Assembly (NCBI GenBank): GCA_013239625.1
Contig: MU054323.1
Location: forward strand, 9,393,186 to 9,457,185
Length of the DNA stretch: 64,000 nucleotides
Reading direction: 5' to 3'
Origin: Lama guanicoe
Lineage: Eukaryota
Shown here piece by piece: positions 1 through 13,619 of the stretch. Numbering within the stretch: position 1 is the stretch's first letter; each line of letters starts with the position of its first letter. The position numbers and the translations under genes are program-made. The notes beneath the pieces were generated by a model, which made no database searches, was not told where the DNA came from, and saw nothing but the letters and a program-made list of their open reading frames with translations.

Positions 1-904
1 AAATCAGCACAATACTTGAGTCAGGTTTGAGTCAACAGGACAGTAAAACTATACAAATAAATTCAAAATGAAGAAGCTCACGTAGGGAGGAAAGACAGAT
101 CCAAAGGAAAACCAATCATGACTGCTTATATAACGTTTATCATGACGGGAAAGTTAAAAAGTGCTGATACACTGTTCTTAAGAAAGTAGCTGCCACTTAA
201 TGCCTCACTGTGTGGCCCTGAAACTCTCAGCGGCAAAGGTGGTTTCTGGAAAGGGATTCCTTGTCGCCATTCTGGAGCCCTGTGCTACTGCTGTTTGACC
301 CCCGAAACAGTTTTCAGGAGTGTTCACCTCTTAGGACTGGCAATATTCACACTTACATTTGTACCCTCCATTTCTTGGACCTTTCTACTCTCCGTCTCCT
401 TCATTATTTGGAAGCCAAATTCTTAAGCTTTCAACATTATAAAAAGGCAGCAGCGTAACACAGCTTGAGACGTCTGCCCTCCTTCTTGATCCTACTTGCC
501 TGATGCAGCTTTGCCTGCATTATGATTATTTATTATTGCATGACTGACACTTTGACTTTTTAAATAGGGATTGTGGGAGGTTTTTTAAATAGAAAAGAAG
601 TTGGCAGAGTTGGGGAATTTTTGTTTATTCTCATTAATGCCTTTGTCTTTTCTCTGTTTCAAGTGATCACCTGTGGTTTAAGCTGTCTGGCAGCCTCAAT
701 CCTGCTTTAGTTCATGCCTGGAAATTTTACTGGTATGGAAAGCATACTTTGGAGCTTCAGTACCATGAACAGAATTCTCTTTTCAGTTGAATGGCTGAGG
801 GAGAAAGCATTTGATCTAAAATTCCTATATTCTGAGTGAATTGATTTATGTCAAAGCATTTCAGGAGTTTCTGTTTGTTAAGAATTAAAAAAAAAAGTAT
901 AGTC

Positions 905-1400
905 CTTTATTCATTTACCAGTTTTTTGAGTGCCTGTCACACGCCAGGCACTCTACCGACACTATTTGGGTGTACTTAGGGAGTTGTGGAGTAAGGATGC
1001 AGATGCCAGACCCTCAAGAATACAGTTACTGGTAGAGACGAGCACAGAAGTAACTAGCTGAACAGTGTGACGGATCCTGTGCTGGAGGTGTGCACACGAG
1101 CCACGGGAGCCCAGCTGAGAGAGCGGTGAGCTTTGTCTGCTCCAGGGCCCCAGGACTCACAGAAGAGGTGGCTCCTGATTAGGACACTGAAGGAAGAGTA
1201 ACACTCTTCGACGAGGTGAAGGAGAGGAGGGGCATTCCAGACAGAAGGGACATGTGAAGGAGGCCCCGGGGCAAGAGTGTGCCTGCATTTTTGGGCACTG
1301 TGACGGGACCAGTATGGATGTTCAGTCACAGGTGATCCTGGCTGTAGCTCAGTCAGGTGCCAGAGTTCAGTTGGGTAAAAGGTAACGATCCAGAAGGGTT
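905..1400 (-). mobile_element. LINE-2 3' fragment (degenerate)
   Basis: ttcatttaccagttttttgagtgcctgtcacacgccaggcactct resembles the reverse complement of the L2 3' end; purine-rich L2-like body follows; boundaries approximate. Confidence 0.6.
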
Positions 1401-2929
1401 TCACATCCTCTCAAAAACTCAGAAGATGCCAGGTGTTTAGTATGTTCTCTTTTGCTGGGCCCCAGGCACAGAGCCTGCCGTGTGTTTGGGCAGTAGCCAA
1501 GGCCCTCCAGGCCCCTCCGCCACCTGGCCAGCCGTGTCAGTGTCTCTCTTCACACATGGTGCTGACAGCCTGTCCCCCATGCATTCAGCCGCAGTGCTGG
1601 GCTGCAGAAGCTACAATTTAAAGGAGCCCACACACGTGCACCTACACACAGTCACCACCCACACAGCCACACAAATGTGCTTTTTTGTTTTCCCTTCCAT
1701 TATTCCTAATTAAAAGTTGAACTCCTGGGAGGTACTTTCTAAATATTTCATGGCTTTTTGGGGGGTTGGGGGGAGGCACAAGCGCTAGCATCTGGCACAT
1801 GCCGATATTACATGCACGTTTATCCAGACAACTGAATTAAGGGAGCATGGGAAGGGACATAATAAATTGTTTTTTTTAAAAAACCCCAGTAGGTAGGTGA
1901 GACTTCGTAATGAAATAGTGAGTGTGGGCAGAGGAGTGAAGGATGTGATTTGGTGGGTGTTGGTGACAGTGGTGAATAGGAAAGTTTGGAAAGTACAGAA
2001 ACTTGTGGTCCAAGGGTTGTCAGAATCTGGTACGTGAAAGATTTCTACTATCCATGCTATTTTCTTTTAATTTAATGTTATTTAGTCAAATGTCTGGAGA
2101 CTACTACAAAGTTAAACCTTTAGGTGTGGTTCTCTGTGGATTTATTAGTGGTGGCTTACAATTGTGGCGATCCCATTTTTCAATTACGAAGAGCCAGCTT
2201 TCCAACAGATCCCCATTAGAGGAAAGGCTCATAACTGAGAAATTGTTTAAACCAGCCAGACATCTTCAGGGAATTATGGGTACACAGTTTTCTTTTTAAG
2301 TGGCTTATAAAGCATTTGAGAAATGGCATTGTGGGGCAGAGAGCACATGTCTAACCAATGCCCTTTTGGGAGGAGGGACACTAGTTGGTAATTCTTGTTT
2401 TGAGTTGTCTGAGCCCCAGGGCTGCTCTGTGACCCCTAGGGTTCTTGGGGTGGCTCCATGAGCTTGGGGATGGTGCTGGAGGAAGCTGATGATCAGCTTT
2501 CAGCAGTGCAGTGGGGACGGGGACAAGAGCTGGGGCGGAAGTAGCTGGAAAGCAGAAACTAGGCGTGGATTAGATGAGGGGATGCCGGTTATTTTCCCCA
2601 GTTTTGAAGAGCGTCTGGTTTGGTCCAACCTCCCAGTGTCTCAGAGCTCCTTCTTCCTTTTATTCTGGAACCGCTTAGAACCCAAACTCTCCTTCCACTT
2701 TTCAAGTACAGGTTAGCCAGAGCTCTGTGGCTGACCTGTCCCGGATATTATCCTGAAACCCCTTGAGCAATGCTGAGCCCTGTGTTCATAATATAAAAGG
2801 GAACACGAGTGGGTGTGTCCTTCTTGGCACTCGTCCCCCTCCAGTTTGTTCTTTTGCGGTCAAAACATCTTGCACAGCAGTTACTCAATGCCAGGCTGGC
2901 ACGGCTGCAGCTAATTTAACCACTCATCT

Positions 2930-3040
2930 GTTGAGTGAGGTGCTGTTTCCATTTTACAATTGGGGTAAACTGAGGAATGTCTTCTTTGCTTAACTTACAG
3001 CCAGTGATAGACCCTGATAAATCTAGGACCAAGCATTTGG
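2930..3040 (-). mobile_element. MIR fragment
   Basis: ccattttacaattggggtaaactgagg resembles the MIR core (ccattttacagatgaggaaactgagg). Confidence 0.55.
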
Positions 3041-3429
3041 ACATCCTTTTCTTTGCTTTCAATTTCAAACATAATTCACTAGATTATACTGTTTCCTGTA
3101 CCTTAATTAGCATAAGTTTACATCTTAGTGATTGTAACCATCTCTTCAATCAATTACCGATTCCCAAAAAGAATACCAGTGTTTTCAAATGAAGCCATTT
3201 GAATTTATGCTCAGGTGGCCAGGGATTGGCAATTGTTTAAACAGAAAATTAAGAAATTTGAAATGTCCTTTCAGTGTTTTCATGCTCCCCCAGTCAGTGT
3301 TTAGGCCAAGATGAAGAAAGGACCATCTTTGAACTCTTAGTTCAGGATCACACCTGAACTCTTAAAGTAAAGATAAAAGGCACTTGAAATGTAAATCACT
3401 TTTCTGCAGAAGAACACTTGTGAGACACT

Positions 3430-3640
3430 AGAGCTTGTGGAATGGTTAAAGTACAGACTCCAGAATCAGACCTGGGTTTGAATCCCACTTAACAATACTT
3501 AACGAGCTGGGTAATACCAGACTAGCTACTTAACCTCTCTCTGAGTCAGTTTTGTCACCTGTGAAACGGGCATAAGGATGGTGGTGGGGATTGAGTTAAA
3601 ATCTGTAGCGCTGAGGGTAGTGCCTGCCATTCACAACCAC
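3430..3640 (+). mobile_element. MIR SINE
   Basis: ggttaaagtacagactccagaatcagacctgggtttgaatccc...acttaacctctctctgagtcagttttgtcacctgtgaaacggg matches MIR head and core. Confidence 0.8.
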
Positions 3641-3753
3641 ACACAGGGAGCAGCAGGGCATGAGAGCTCTCACTGGTGTGGCCTCCTCCAGCCAGGCTCC
3701 CTACTAAGTGCTGTTACACACATGAACTCATTTCATCCTCCCTCCCCCACCGG

Positions 3754-3775
3754 ACACACACACACACACACACAC
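3754..3775. repeat. (CA)n microsatellite
   Basis: acacacacacacacacacacac run. Confidence 0.9.
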
Positions 3776-6214
3776 CAGCCAGGTATTAGACTCCCTTCCA
3801 TGGACTAGAACAGTGTTAGTTGAACATTTGAATTTTTAAGCATCTTGACTGAATATGACACTGCATCAGTGACATTTTGATAGCTGTCATTGCATGGTTT
3901 AGTTCCAGCATCTTTCAGCACATTCGGAAGCATCAACCTTTACATGTTGGGGCTTCTCCAGCAGCAATTATAGCCACAAATGAAGAAAAGCTATACATGT
4001 TCCCACAAAATATCGAGATTTGTGTCACAGGCCCCTGGTGACAAAGACTTGTTTAACTGCGAGATGTCAGCTCTTTTTTTCCCTTTAGATAAAATTAAAC
4101 TGTGGGGTAGCCATCCAGTCCATAAGAATAAATTATTTTTTCAATCACAGTTCTATAGAAAATCAAAACTGGTACCCAATACCTTTATTTACAAGGAGTT
4201 TTTAATTGTATATGGACAGATAGAGTAGGGTGTCCCAAAGAAAGGATGTTGGGATTGTGTCTTTAGGTCAGTTTCTGGCATTTTCCCCCTGGTGAAACCA
4301 ATACTCTTGTCCACACACCTTCCCAGCCTGCAGCTTCTCTGGTTTCTCTGTGACCTTCTTCTGAATGTGAAGCTCTGAGCGGTGGTAGTTGTTCCAGCCA
4401 GCTCAGTAGGTGGACTGGAGTAAGCTTTATAATTAGTTGTCTTAACAGCCCCACCTAGCCACTTTCAAAATAATTCTGTTAAATGTGGCCTCTTGTGCTG
4501 TACGGGGTAAGGCAGTAGCCGGCTCTCCTGGGCGATGCAGAGAGCTGTATGTCTATGGGAAAGAGCATTTTTTCAGGACTTGAGGCAGGTCACAGAAAAT
4601 GGATATCTGAAAAAAATCCCATGTGACTCAGATGATCAGGGCACAACTTAAGTCATCACGACTTAAACTCCTTGTGTAGATACACGGAGCCAGGAACAGA
4701 GGCCTAGGAGAGAAGCATAAGGCAGTCGCCCCTGCCTGGTATTTAATAAAGTGCCAGATTTAGATATTAAGGCCGTAGTGAAAGAGAATAATGAAAAAAC
4801 TGAGCTCACTGGACCTTCAAAAGGGAAAAGGGAAGTTAAGCGGATGGCTCAGCAAGAGAAGTTTTGACCATGGCCAAAAGAAAGATGAAGGATGAGGCAG
4901 AGTCTTTCCCCATCTTGATACCATGCACTCCCAAGAGTGAGGCTTGTGTAGGATGGGCTAGGCTGGTGAACTGGGTCAGAGGGCATATAAGTGGACCCAG
5001 GTGGCCCAGGACTCCAGGGTGAGGTGATCCAGCGTCAGGAGAATGGGAAGAAGGCCACCCACCGCTTGGGGGCATTTCCCTCAGGGCGCTGCCTGCTGAA
5101 AATGGCTAGAGTGTTGCCATCAGCTTCATCTCTAGGCCCACAGCTGCTCACCCCTGCTCAGCGGGGGAGGCAGAAACTTCCAGATGATCCCAGAGTTGGA
5201 GAAGAATTTTCCCATGGTCCTCTCTTCTTAACAGGAACTCCTAGACTCAGTGACTGCAGGGGCACATCTGGCACAAGGAAACAGACTCTTTCAACTTATT
5301 GTACTTAATGTCTTGATACCAGGGACCATAGGGATGGAAAACAAATGCTGATCCCTCTAAATGTGACACGTCTGCTCACTTTAATGCAAGCAGTAAAAAT
5401 ACAGTGTTGATGGAAACCTGTGCACATGGAGCAAGGCAGTTCTGCACGTATACACGATTGGGATTTGTTCCTCCCTTCTATGTGGTTTTTGTTGTGTCAA
5501 ACACAACTGAGTGAGAGCCGGCCCGCACAGCCCTAACTGGGGTTAGTGGAGTGCGTCTGGCCTGGAAGAGGCCTCTTTCTGGACCACTTTCTGGGCTGTC
5601 TGAGCAGAGGAAGCACAAATATAAACCTCGGGCACATAAGGACACACACAGGCCACAGAGCCTGTCAGGGGCTCCCTTGTGTTCTGAGTGAACAGATGTT
5701 TATCCCACAACATTCTTCTTGGGATTTGTCCAGTGCATTAAAAACACACACACACACAAAACTGTTTACACTAATTATTCCCTTTTGCTGCCTTTGCTTG
5801 TTTTGTTTTGCTCTTTCCTTTTTCCCATACATTAAGAACTATTTGTGTGAGGAACTTCTGCCCAGCTGCTTTCTGGAACAGACCCTTCCATAGCTTAAAC
5901 CAGGAACCCTTTGTTCTTGGATCGGAGTGGAGCTCAGATTGCCTTGTCACATGTAGCTTGGCGCTTCTTCCCTGAAGTTTATAGTCTTTTAAAAATCCAT
6001 TTCCTTTTTACCCCAAAGACAATCAGCTTTCATAACTTTTCTTAGAGTAAATTAATCCAGATCTTTTCATTGTTCCGGGATTTCTCTATGATTAAGTCAG
6101 TATTTTACTTAGCAATCGTGTATTAAGCACATCCTAAGTTTGGTGAATACCACACCACGATACTAGGTATTAAAAGAAAAATTAAACCCTTTTCTCATTC
6201 TTGGTTTGTTCACA

Positions 6215-6770
6215 TTCCTCATTTATTTATTCATTTCCTTCATTCAAGAAATACTTTTTTAGCTCCTGCTGTGCACCAGGTCTGCACTGGGTGCAGAGAA
6301 ATCAGTAATGAGCAAAACCAGGCATGGTCCTTGCCTTCAAGGAATTTCCAGTATAGTGGTAGAAAAAAGACATGTAAAGAATTAATTGCAATTCAAGGTG
6401 ATACATGCTATAATAGCAGGGTGTTCAAGGTACTTGGAGGAGTGGGTAGAATGTAATTGGCTCTGCCTCCGGCATCAAAAATAACTCCACAGAGTACTTG
6501 ACATGGGAGAGTATTCCAGACAGAGACAACAGTATATCCAGAGAAAGGCAGTATGAAAGAGTGTGTTAGAAAAATGATAATTGGTTCAGTGGGGTCAGTA
6601 TCTAGGGTGGAAAACCAGGAGTTACAGGAGATGAAGCTGGAAAAGTAAGGTAGGCAGCCAGGTTGTTAAGGTCGTTTTGCATGCCACGTTTAAAGATCTA
6701 GAGTATGTCCTATAGAAAATGGGACAGAGGAGCAGTAAAGGCTCTTAAGCAGAGAAACTATGTACTCAAG
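6215..6770 (-). mobile_element. LINE-2 (L2a/b-like) 3' fragment
   Basis: ttcattcaagaaatac...gtgcaccaggtctgcactggg...catggtccttgccttcaagga, reverse complement of the L2 3' region. Confidence 0.75.
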
Positions 6771-7120
6771 TGTTATGAGCTGAATCGTGTTCCCCCAAAA
6801 TTCATATGTTGAAGTCCTAATCACTCCCCTCCCAGTATGTCAGAATGTGACTGTATTTGGAAATAGGGTTTTTAAAGAGGAAAAATTAAGTTAAAATGAG
6901 GTCATTAGTGTGGGCCCTAATCCATATGACTGGTGTCCTTGTAAAAAGAGGAAATTAGGGCACAGACACATACAGAGAGAAGACCGTGTGAAAATACGGG
7001 GAGGAAAGAGCCATGTACAAGCCAGGGAAAGAGGCCTGAGAAACAATCCAACCTTGCCAACACCTTGATCATGGTCTTCTAGCCTCTAAATTGTTGTTTA
7101 AGCCAATGACTAGTGAAACA
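6771..7120 (+). mobile_element. MaLR solo LTR (MLT1A/B-like)
   Basis: Starts tgttatgagctgaatcgtgttcccccaaaattcatatgttgaagtcctaa; contains gtgactgtatttggaaatagggt, ccctaatccatatgactggtgtcctt and ttgttgtttaagcca. Confidence 0.9.
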
Positions 7121-7206
7121 GTTTCATAAGAATATTTAAGTAGCTTAATAGAGGAAAACATTTTTGAATACTTAAGGATTTCAGAAATGTATTTATTTTG
7201 TAAATA

Positions 7207-7492
7207 CAATTGGCCCTTTATATCCGCAGGTTCTACCTCTGTGGATTCAACCAACCAGGGTTTGAAATATTCAGGGGAATAAATTCCAGAAAGTTCCAAA
7301 AAACAAAAATTGAATCTGCCCCATGCAGGTGACTATTTATATAGAATTTACAATATATTGGGTATTATAAGTAATCTAGAGATTAAAATATATAGGTAGG
7401 AGTGCATAGGTTATATACAAATACTATGCCATTTTATGTAAGGGACTTGAGCATCCATGGATTTTGGTATCTGCTGGGGTCCTAGATGACTA
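7207..7492 (+). mobile_element. MER2 (TcMar-Tigger non-autonomous DNA transposon)
   Basis: TA|caattggccctttatatccgcaggttc...tggattcaaccaacc...gggacttgagcatccatggattttggtatc; TA flanks; strand nominal. Confidence 0.85.
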
Positions 7493-7659
7493 TAATCTGT
7501 GTATTTAATAACAGACCATTCAAATCTACTTGTTAAAGCAGTGTGTTAAGTCTCTTTGGTAGACAACACTTTGTGGCTGAGATTTAGTTGTTCTATATAT
7601 TCCAAAGTAGTTAACCTGTAGTACCTATAAAATCGAGAAAATAATAATGTTCAGATGGT

Positions 7660-7810
7660 AAGTGTTTTTCCTGTGCTGTCTTATTTAATCTGCATTTCTA
7701 CCCCGTGAAGTGGGTACCATTAGTATCTTTCTTATTACTAGTGATGAAGCAAAGTCTTAGAAAAGTTAATAATTTTCCCAAGACCACACAGCTGGTAACT
7801 GTTAGAGACA
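7660..7810 (-). mobile_element. MIR fragment
   Basis: agaaaagttaataattttcccaagaccacacagctggtaa, reverse MIR core. Confidence 0.7.
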
Positions 7811-9279
7811 AATTCTCCTATTTTTCTTAATAAATGAGGATTTTCATTAATACCTGGAAAGACTTTCTTGGACCCTATCCAAGGGCTTTTTGTTACAGAA
7901 AAACTCAAGGAACTCAATGTAACACACTTTCACCAAGAAGATTTCCTATGATCTAGACTTGGAAGATAATTTTAAAGAAGTTCCAGCACAGAGGTGAACC
8001 ATTTTAATATAAAGCATCAGAACTGCCTGTGTTGAATGGATAAAATATATCTTTTCTGTCTTTGGCTGTTTTAAAAGTTGTATCCTTTAAAGCAAATTTA
8101 AATAATTTATCCAGAATCTGATTTTCTTGGAAGGCCGTCACTCATAGGCTCACAGTCTGTAATCAGAGTATGTTTGGTGCTTTTTTAAGCCATGGCCTGC
8201 TACTTCTACAAGTCTGCACGTGGCCTGGTGTGGTATCGTGGGAGTTTGCCAGTCTGCTTTGTACAGGCAATGATCACTCCTAGTGGCTATTAGTTTTCTC
8301 CTTTCATTTATTTCAAATTCTCCCCCAATTGGAGGTTTTGAAAGGTGGGGGTGTGCAAAAAAATGAAATTGGTTGGGTTTATGACCCAATGTCTTTATTA
8401 CCTTTTTTGTCCAATGCATTGTTGAAAGTTATCAGTGTTTAAAATTCTCAGAGGACAAGAAGATTAGATCTGAGCAAGTTTATAATCTCTGAAACTTGTG
8501 TCTTAAATGGATTTGAAGGACCTGCCTAGAAGTTGAATGGTGCTGCAGACAAGAAGATATTAGTATCTTCACATTTTTCCCCTCTGTGTCCTATCTCGGC
8601 ACAGATCTAGTAATTTCCCCTATGGTCCAAGATAGTTAGTCTCATTTCTCCCCAAATCAGTTAATTCAACCAAAGTTTCAGAAAGGCAGCAACATTATGA
8701 GTAAGGGTTCAGTCTTACTACTCAGTCACTTACTGGTTTGACACTAATGCCTCTGTTTTTCTTCATGGTATGGTGGGGCTTCTGAGCAAAGTGATGAAGG
8801 ACGTAGCTCTGCCTCCACGTGCGGCTTCTGATTATCTTCCTGCTCACATCGAGGACCTGATAACTGAATTTTATTATGGGTTTGTTGAAAACGTTGCTTC
8901 TTTTTAAACCCCAGTAAGGACTGTGGGTCAGTTTTTAAGAGCCCTTTTGAGCCATATATTGGAATTTTATTTCAAGCTGTGGTAACAAAGTCAGCCTGAA
9001 ACATATTACTTTAATAATTGTTGTAGGTGTCTGGTTAAGAGGGAAAAATCACTTACATTTTCAGAGACATTTTAATTTTACTCTAAGTATGTCCAATATT
9101 GATGACTTGTTGCTTATTACTCATGAAAGATAACGTGATAATAAGTGTTAAAAAACTTTATAAAGGTTCACATCAATTGTTCCAGGATTTCAGTATATTA
9201 ATATGATTCTAACCTGGGTCTAACCTAATCTAACCTGAGGCCTTTTTAACTGACATCTTTATATTCTTTGTGACCTCTT

Positions 9280-9910
9280 CAGATAAACAATTAACTATCC
9301 AGCAGTAAAGGGTTGGATAATTATATTGTGGCATATCAATACAATAGAGTTCTATCAGCCATTTAAAAAAATAATTAATGAAAATACATTTATAACACAG
9401 GACATTCCAAAAGTCTGAAGTGCATTGTAAGCTTTAATACCTTCAGAAGTATAAATGTTTCAGAGTTCCAAAAATCATTCTTTGAAAGTTTATTTAAATT
9501 TCTTTTATACTTATTTCACTTTGTAAATTTTGAATCATATAAAAATGTTTGTTTCAGTTATCATTTGTCAGAGAGACTAAAACAAAAATTAAAATTAAAA
9601 ATTTATATTTGAAATTTTACAAGTAATGAGCATTTTATCATCATAAGCACAAAAATTATAAAACAAAAGATAAGTAAGGATGATAATTTATTAAAACAGA
9701 CTTATTAAACAGCATGTGCAGCTTGATTCCAATTATGTAAAAATACATACTTGCATGTATTGGAAATAAAAAAAAAGGCTATACATCAAAATTAATTGTG
9801 GTTTTCTCTGGGTTGGAAGCTAATGAATTGTTTTAATTTTCCTCTGTGTTTTTCTCTATTTTTCAAGTTTTCTACAATGAACACGCACTACTTTTTTTAT
9901 TCAGAAAAAT
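9280..9910 (+). mobile_element. Old L1 (L1ME-like) 3' end, interrupted
   Basis: ggttggataattatattgtggcatatcaatacaatagagttctatcagccatttaaaa and ttttcaagttttctacaatgaacacgcactac are typical of L1ME 3' regions. Confidence 0.65.
9398..9620 (+). mobile_element. TcMar/Tc1-type non-autonomous DNA element fragment (EutTc1-like) within the L1ME remnant
   Basis: caggacattccaaaagtc...gtaagctttaataccttcagaagtataaatg resembles a cagggtgtcccaaaagtc-type terminus; family from memory; far terminus not seen. Confidence 0.4.
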
Positions 9911-10358
9911 GTTATTTAAATACCTTAAAGAATAGAACCAATATTTTGACTTCTCTGATACCCAGAGATCTTAATTCTTGTATATAAAAAGCTAATTCTT
10001 GTATGTTAATTCCATTCACTAATTGCCACTGAAGTAATTAACTTAGCTACTAATGCTTGAAAATAAAGAACAATTAAAATATAAGAAAGATTCCTCCCTA
10101 AAATAGCTAAAAGCTATGTTCTATATATTTATGTTTGATTGGTATATCACATTTTTAAAAGTTATTTTTAGATGTTTGTAAACTGTAACAGAATCATACA
10201 ACTATAATAGGGAGATTAACAGGCTTTTTGGTTATTGTGTAATTTATGATTCTAAGAGATTATACAAAGATTAATGAGTAGAAGCTATAAAGGAAAAGAA
10301 TTTAACTGCAAGAAATTCACTTCTCTCTCACATTTTAAAACATTTTTAGAGAAAAATC

Positions 10359-10691
10359 TAAAAAAAAAAGAACATAAATACAAAACAGAAACAGACTCAA
10401 ACATAGAATACAAACTTGTGGTTGCCAAGGGGGAGGGGGAGTGGGAAGGGACAGATTGGGAGTTCGATATTTGTAGATACTGACAGGTATATGTAGAATA
10501 GATATATGAGATTATACTGTATAGCACAGGGAAATATATACAAGATCTTGTGGTAGTTCACAGCGAAAAAGAATGTGACAATGAATATATGTACGTTCAT
10601 GTATAACTGAAAAATTGTGCTCTACATTGGAAATTGACACAAAATTGTAAACTGACTATAACTCAATAAAAAATGTTAAAAAAAAAGAAAA
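10359..10691 (+). mobile_element. Young 5'-truncated artiodactyl/camelid L1 3' UTR with poly(A)
   Basis: acaaaacagaaacagactc...gtggttgccaaggggg...ctgtatagcacagggaa...tgtaaactgactataactcaataaaaaa plus A-tail; flanked by agaaaaatc at 10350-10358 and 10692-10700. Confidence 0.9.
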
Positions 10692-10719
10692 AGAAAAATC
10701 AAATAGTTTATCCAAGGAT

Positions 10720-11120
10720 ATACAAATTTTAAAAATTTAAGTAGAGTGCTATATAAAAAAGGATATACAATGCAAAGTATATTGCCTCCATCCCCAGACC
10801 CCCTAGATTTCCTGTTCCTCTCCCAGAAGAGAGCCAGTTACAAATCTGTGTTCTTCATAAATATAGAAGTGTCTATGAATATATCTTTTCTGTCACTTGT
10901 ATGATATCATACTGTACAAAGTATGCTGCAGCCTTCTTTTTTTTAAACTTGAAAGTACATCATGGAGATGGTTCCCTGTTAAGCCAGGGGTGTCCATTGA
11001 ATGTTTATAACATAGTTTATTTAACTAGATCCTTGTTGATGGGCATATGAGTTGTTTTCATTTTTCAGTCTTTTGCTACTGTCACTAACAATGAATATCT
11101 CTGTACATACCCTGTGGAAT
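10720..11120 (-). mobile_element. Old L1ME fragment
   Basis: catagtttatttaactagatccttgttgatgggcatatgagttgttttc...tttgctact...aatgaatatctctgtacata, reverse L1 3' region. Confidence 0.6.
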
Positions 11121-11234
11121 ACAATTACAGCAGTCGTGTCCATCAGATGGTGAGAGATGGGGTAGGATGCTCATATTCCTATAGTGCTTGATAGTTTGCA
11201 AGGCTTTTCCCAGATGCTTCCTTATTTACCTCAC

Positions 11235-11330
11235 TTGCTTGCCTTCAGAAATGGTTAGTTCTCCACTGCTGAAAGTGGGCAACCATCAGGTGCATTTACA
11301 GAGTTGCTCTGGAGAGAGGATCACTTATTT
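11235..11330 (+). mobile_element. L3/CR1 3' fragment
   Basis: ccttcagaaatggttagttctccactgctgaaagtgggcaa resembles the CR1/L3 3' end (gtgagctccccgtcactggaggtgttcaa). Confidence 0.4.
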
Positions 11331-12636
11331 ATTGGTTGGGGTGCCTCTGGTTAGGGAGTCGAGAGATGAAGCAGTCCACTCTTGTTTTTCTGTCCAGTAA
11401 GTCTTACCAAAATACTAATTTTTATTTTTTTAATAGCAGTTGCTATTTTCTTACTAATATCACTTAAAGGCAGGGGAAAGAGAGAGATCTCATTCTGCTT
11501 TAATTGCTTTTCATGTTTAGTGCCCTGTGCTCACTTTTAATTGGACTCCTGTGGCTGAGAATTTCATTTACCCCTTGCTAGAGGCACCTCCTGATTCCAT
11601 ATTAATTAATAAATTATGTCGATACTAGGGCTGGCTCTTCAGGGTATGTGTATCACCTGAAAATGTTTAATGACTTTTAAGAGACTCGTCAAAGAAGATT
11701 ATAGATTGAGACCTTATTTTCTTCAGATTTAAAAATGCATGTCATTTTCTTCTCTTCAGCTAACTTAGAACCAAGGGCTGCTTGATGTCTTTGTGCGAAT
11801 GATTTCAGAGCAAAGGACTTTCTTAGCATGTTATATATTCTTCAGAATTTAGTTCAGGGTGTGATCAAAAGGGAGCAAAAAAGTCAGAGGAACTCAGGAA
11901 ATGTAACCGTGCTAAAGATTACCTGGCTCTGCTGCGCTTTCTTTCATTTTGTTTTCTGTGGAGGGGTTGGAGGGATGCGTGTGGGTTTACACTGTCCAGC
12001 ATCCTATCCTTGAGAGAATCGAGTGGTCCTTTTTTCCTGGCATCTGATGGCATGATCAGAGGAGTGCGTGTGTTCAGGCCTTTGAAGAACAGCATCTACA
12101 ATGATGTACATGGGCTTGTTGTCCCTATTTCTAATTGTTTGACCTTCACTGTGTTCATTTTTCTTATCAAAAATACAAGTTCTTGTCAGAGTTTGGAGGG
12201 TTTCCTCTGAATGGTCACAGAGCAGGGAAGATGCAACTGTGTTTCATGCCCCCACATTTAGCCCCAAGGTCCTGACCCTGCGTGCAGCTGCTTCCCGGTC
12301 CGCTGCTGGCTGCTTTGGACAAGAGCGCTGGAAGGGGAGGGGCCCGAAGTCCAGGGCTGCGGGCCTTTGCCTTGACATGTCTTTTTCCTCAGGATATTCT
12401 GGAAATGTTCTTTCTATCAGTTTATAGTTCCCCCGGCAAAGAAAACTTGTCTCAGCAAGATGTGGCTGCTCTGAGGGGGTGTCTGTGTGTGTGTGTAATG
12501 GAGATGGACAAAAGTATTCCTGTAGTCTCTTGTTGAGTAGAAGAAGAAATCAAGTTTAGAGTATCCTCAACAGAGCGTTCCAAATCTGCTTTCTGGACTT
12601 GACAATTTAAAGCAACTTCTAAAATCTAAAACCTCA

Positions 12637-13000
12637 TGTATTAGCCAAGGCTTCCATGACAACATACCGTAGACTGGGTGACTTAAACAACAGAATTTTA
12701 TTTCTCACAGTTCTAGAGGCTGGAAGTCCAAGTTCAAGGTGCCAGTCTGGCCAGTTCCTGGTGAGGGCTCTGCTCCTGGCTGGCAGGCAACTGCCTTCTC
12801 ACTGTCTTCCTCACGTGGCAGAGAGCAAGCTTTCTGGGTCTCCTCTTAAAAGGGCACTAATCCTGTTGGACCAGCGCCTTCCCCTCATGAATTCATCTCA
12901 CCTGATTACCTCCCAAAGGCCCCATCTCCAAATCCCATCACACTGAGAGTTAGAACTTCAACATGTGAATTTGAGGAGGGCACAAACATTCAGTCCTTGC
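12637..13000 (-). mobile_element. MaLR solo LTR (MLT1A0-like)
   Basis: tgtattag...agactgggtgacttaaacaacagaattttatttctcacagttctagaggctggaagtccaag...caacatgtgaatttgaggagggcacaaacattcagtcc. Confidence 0.92.
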
Positions 13001-13619
13001 TTGAGTTAGCCTTGTGTGGGGACAGGTTACCATATACTTTTGACAAGACCCTAACTGAGCAAAAACTGACTAATGATAAATAAGTGACCCTATTTACTTT
13101 CCCCGTTTTGATGTGAACACCCTGGGCCTCGTAAGACTTTAGGTAAGGACCAGGTAGGCTCCCAGATCTCTCAGATCCACACAGACCCCAGGAAGGGATG
13201 AGGAGGGGATGTCCTAGGGTTCAGAATACCAGGAGGGTGTACTTGAAGTCATTAAAAACAGCTACAGGGACCCAACACAGCTCCGGTGGTGTGGCTCTCA
13301 GGCAGTGGAGTGCAGCGCTGGCGGAGAGAGCCAGGGTGGGGGACGGACGAGGCTTTGGATCACACGATCACACAGAGTATGGCTTTAATGCGTGCCTGCT
13401 GCCTTCATGCCGGGATCACAGCGTCCCTGATCTTTCCTTGCTGTTTTTAGATTTTTAACTCAGTCGAGTCTAGTTGTTGGATTAACGTGATGTTGTCGTT
13501 TCTGTTTGATTTATCACTGCATCATTTGACAGTGTACTGCCAAGAAATCAACGACAGCTCTGTATTGCCAGTGAAAATTTCTGGCAGCTTAAAGCATTCT
13601 GTGGTACAGGTTGATACAT

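Noticed and set aside
8785..8870. C/D-box snoRNA-like layout (gtgatga...ctga...ctga)
   Set aside because: No convincing terminal stem, C' box or recognisable rRNA/snRNA antisense element; these motifs are frequent by chance.
9208..9238. Three tctaacct units, telomere-like
   Set aside because: Not tandem CCCTAA, and too short to call an interstitial telomeric repeat.
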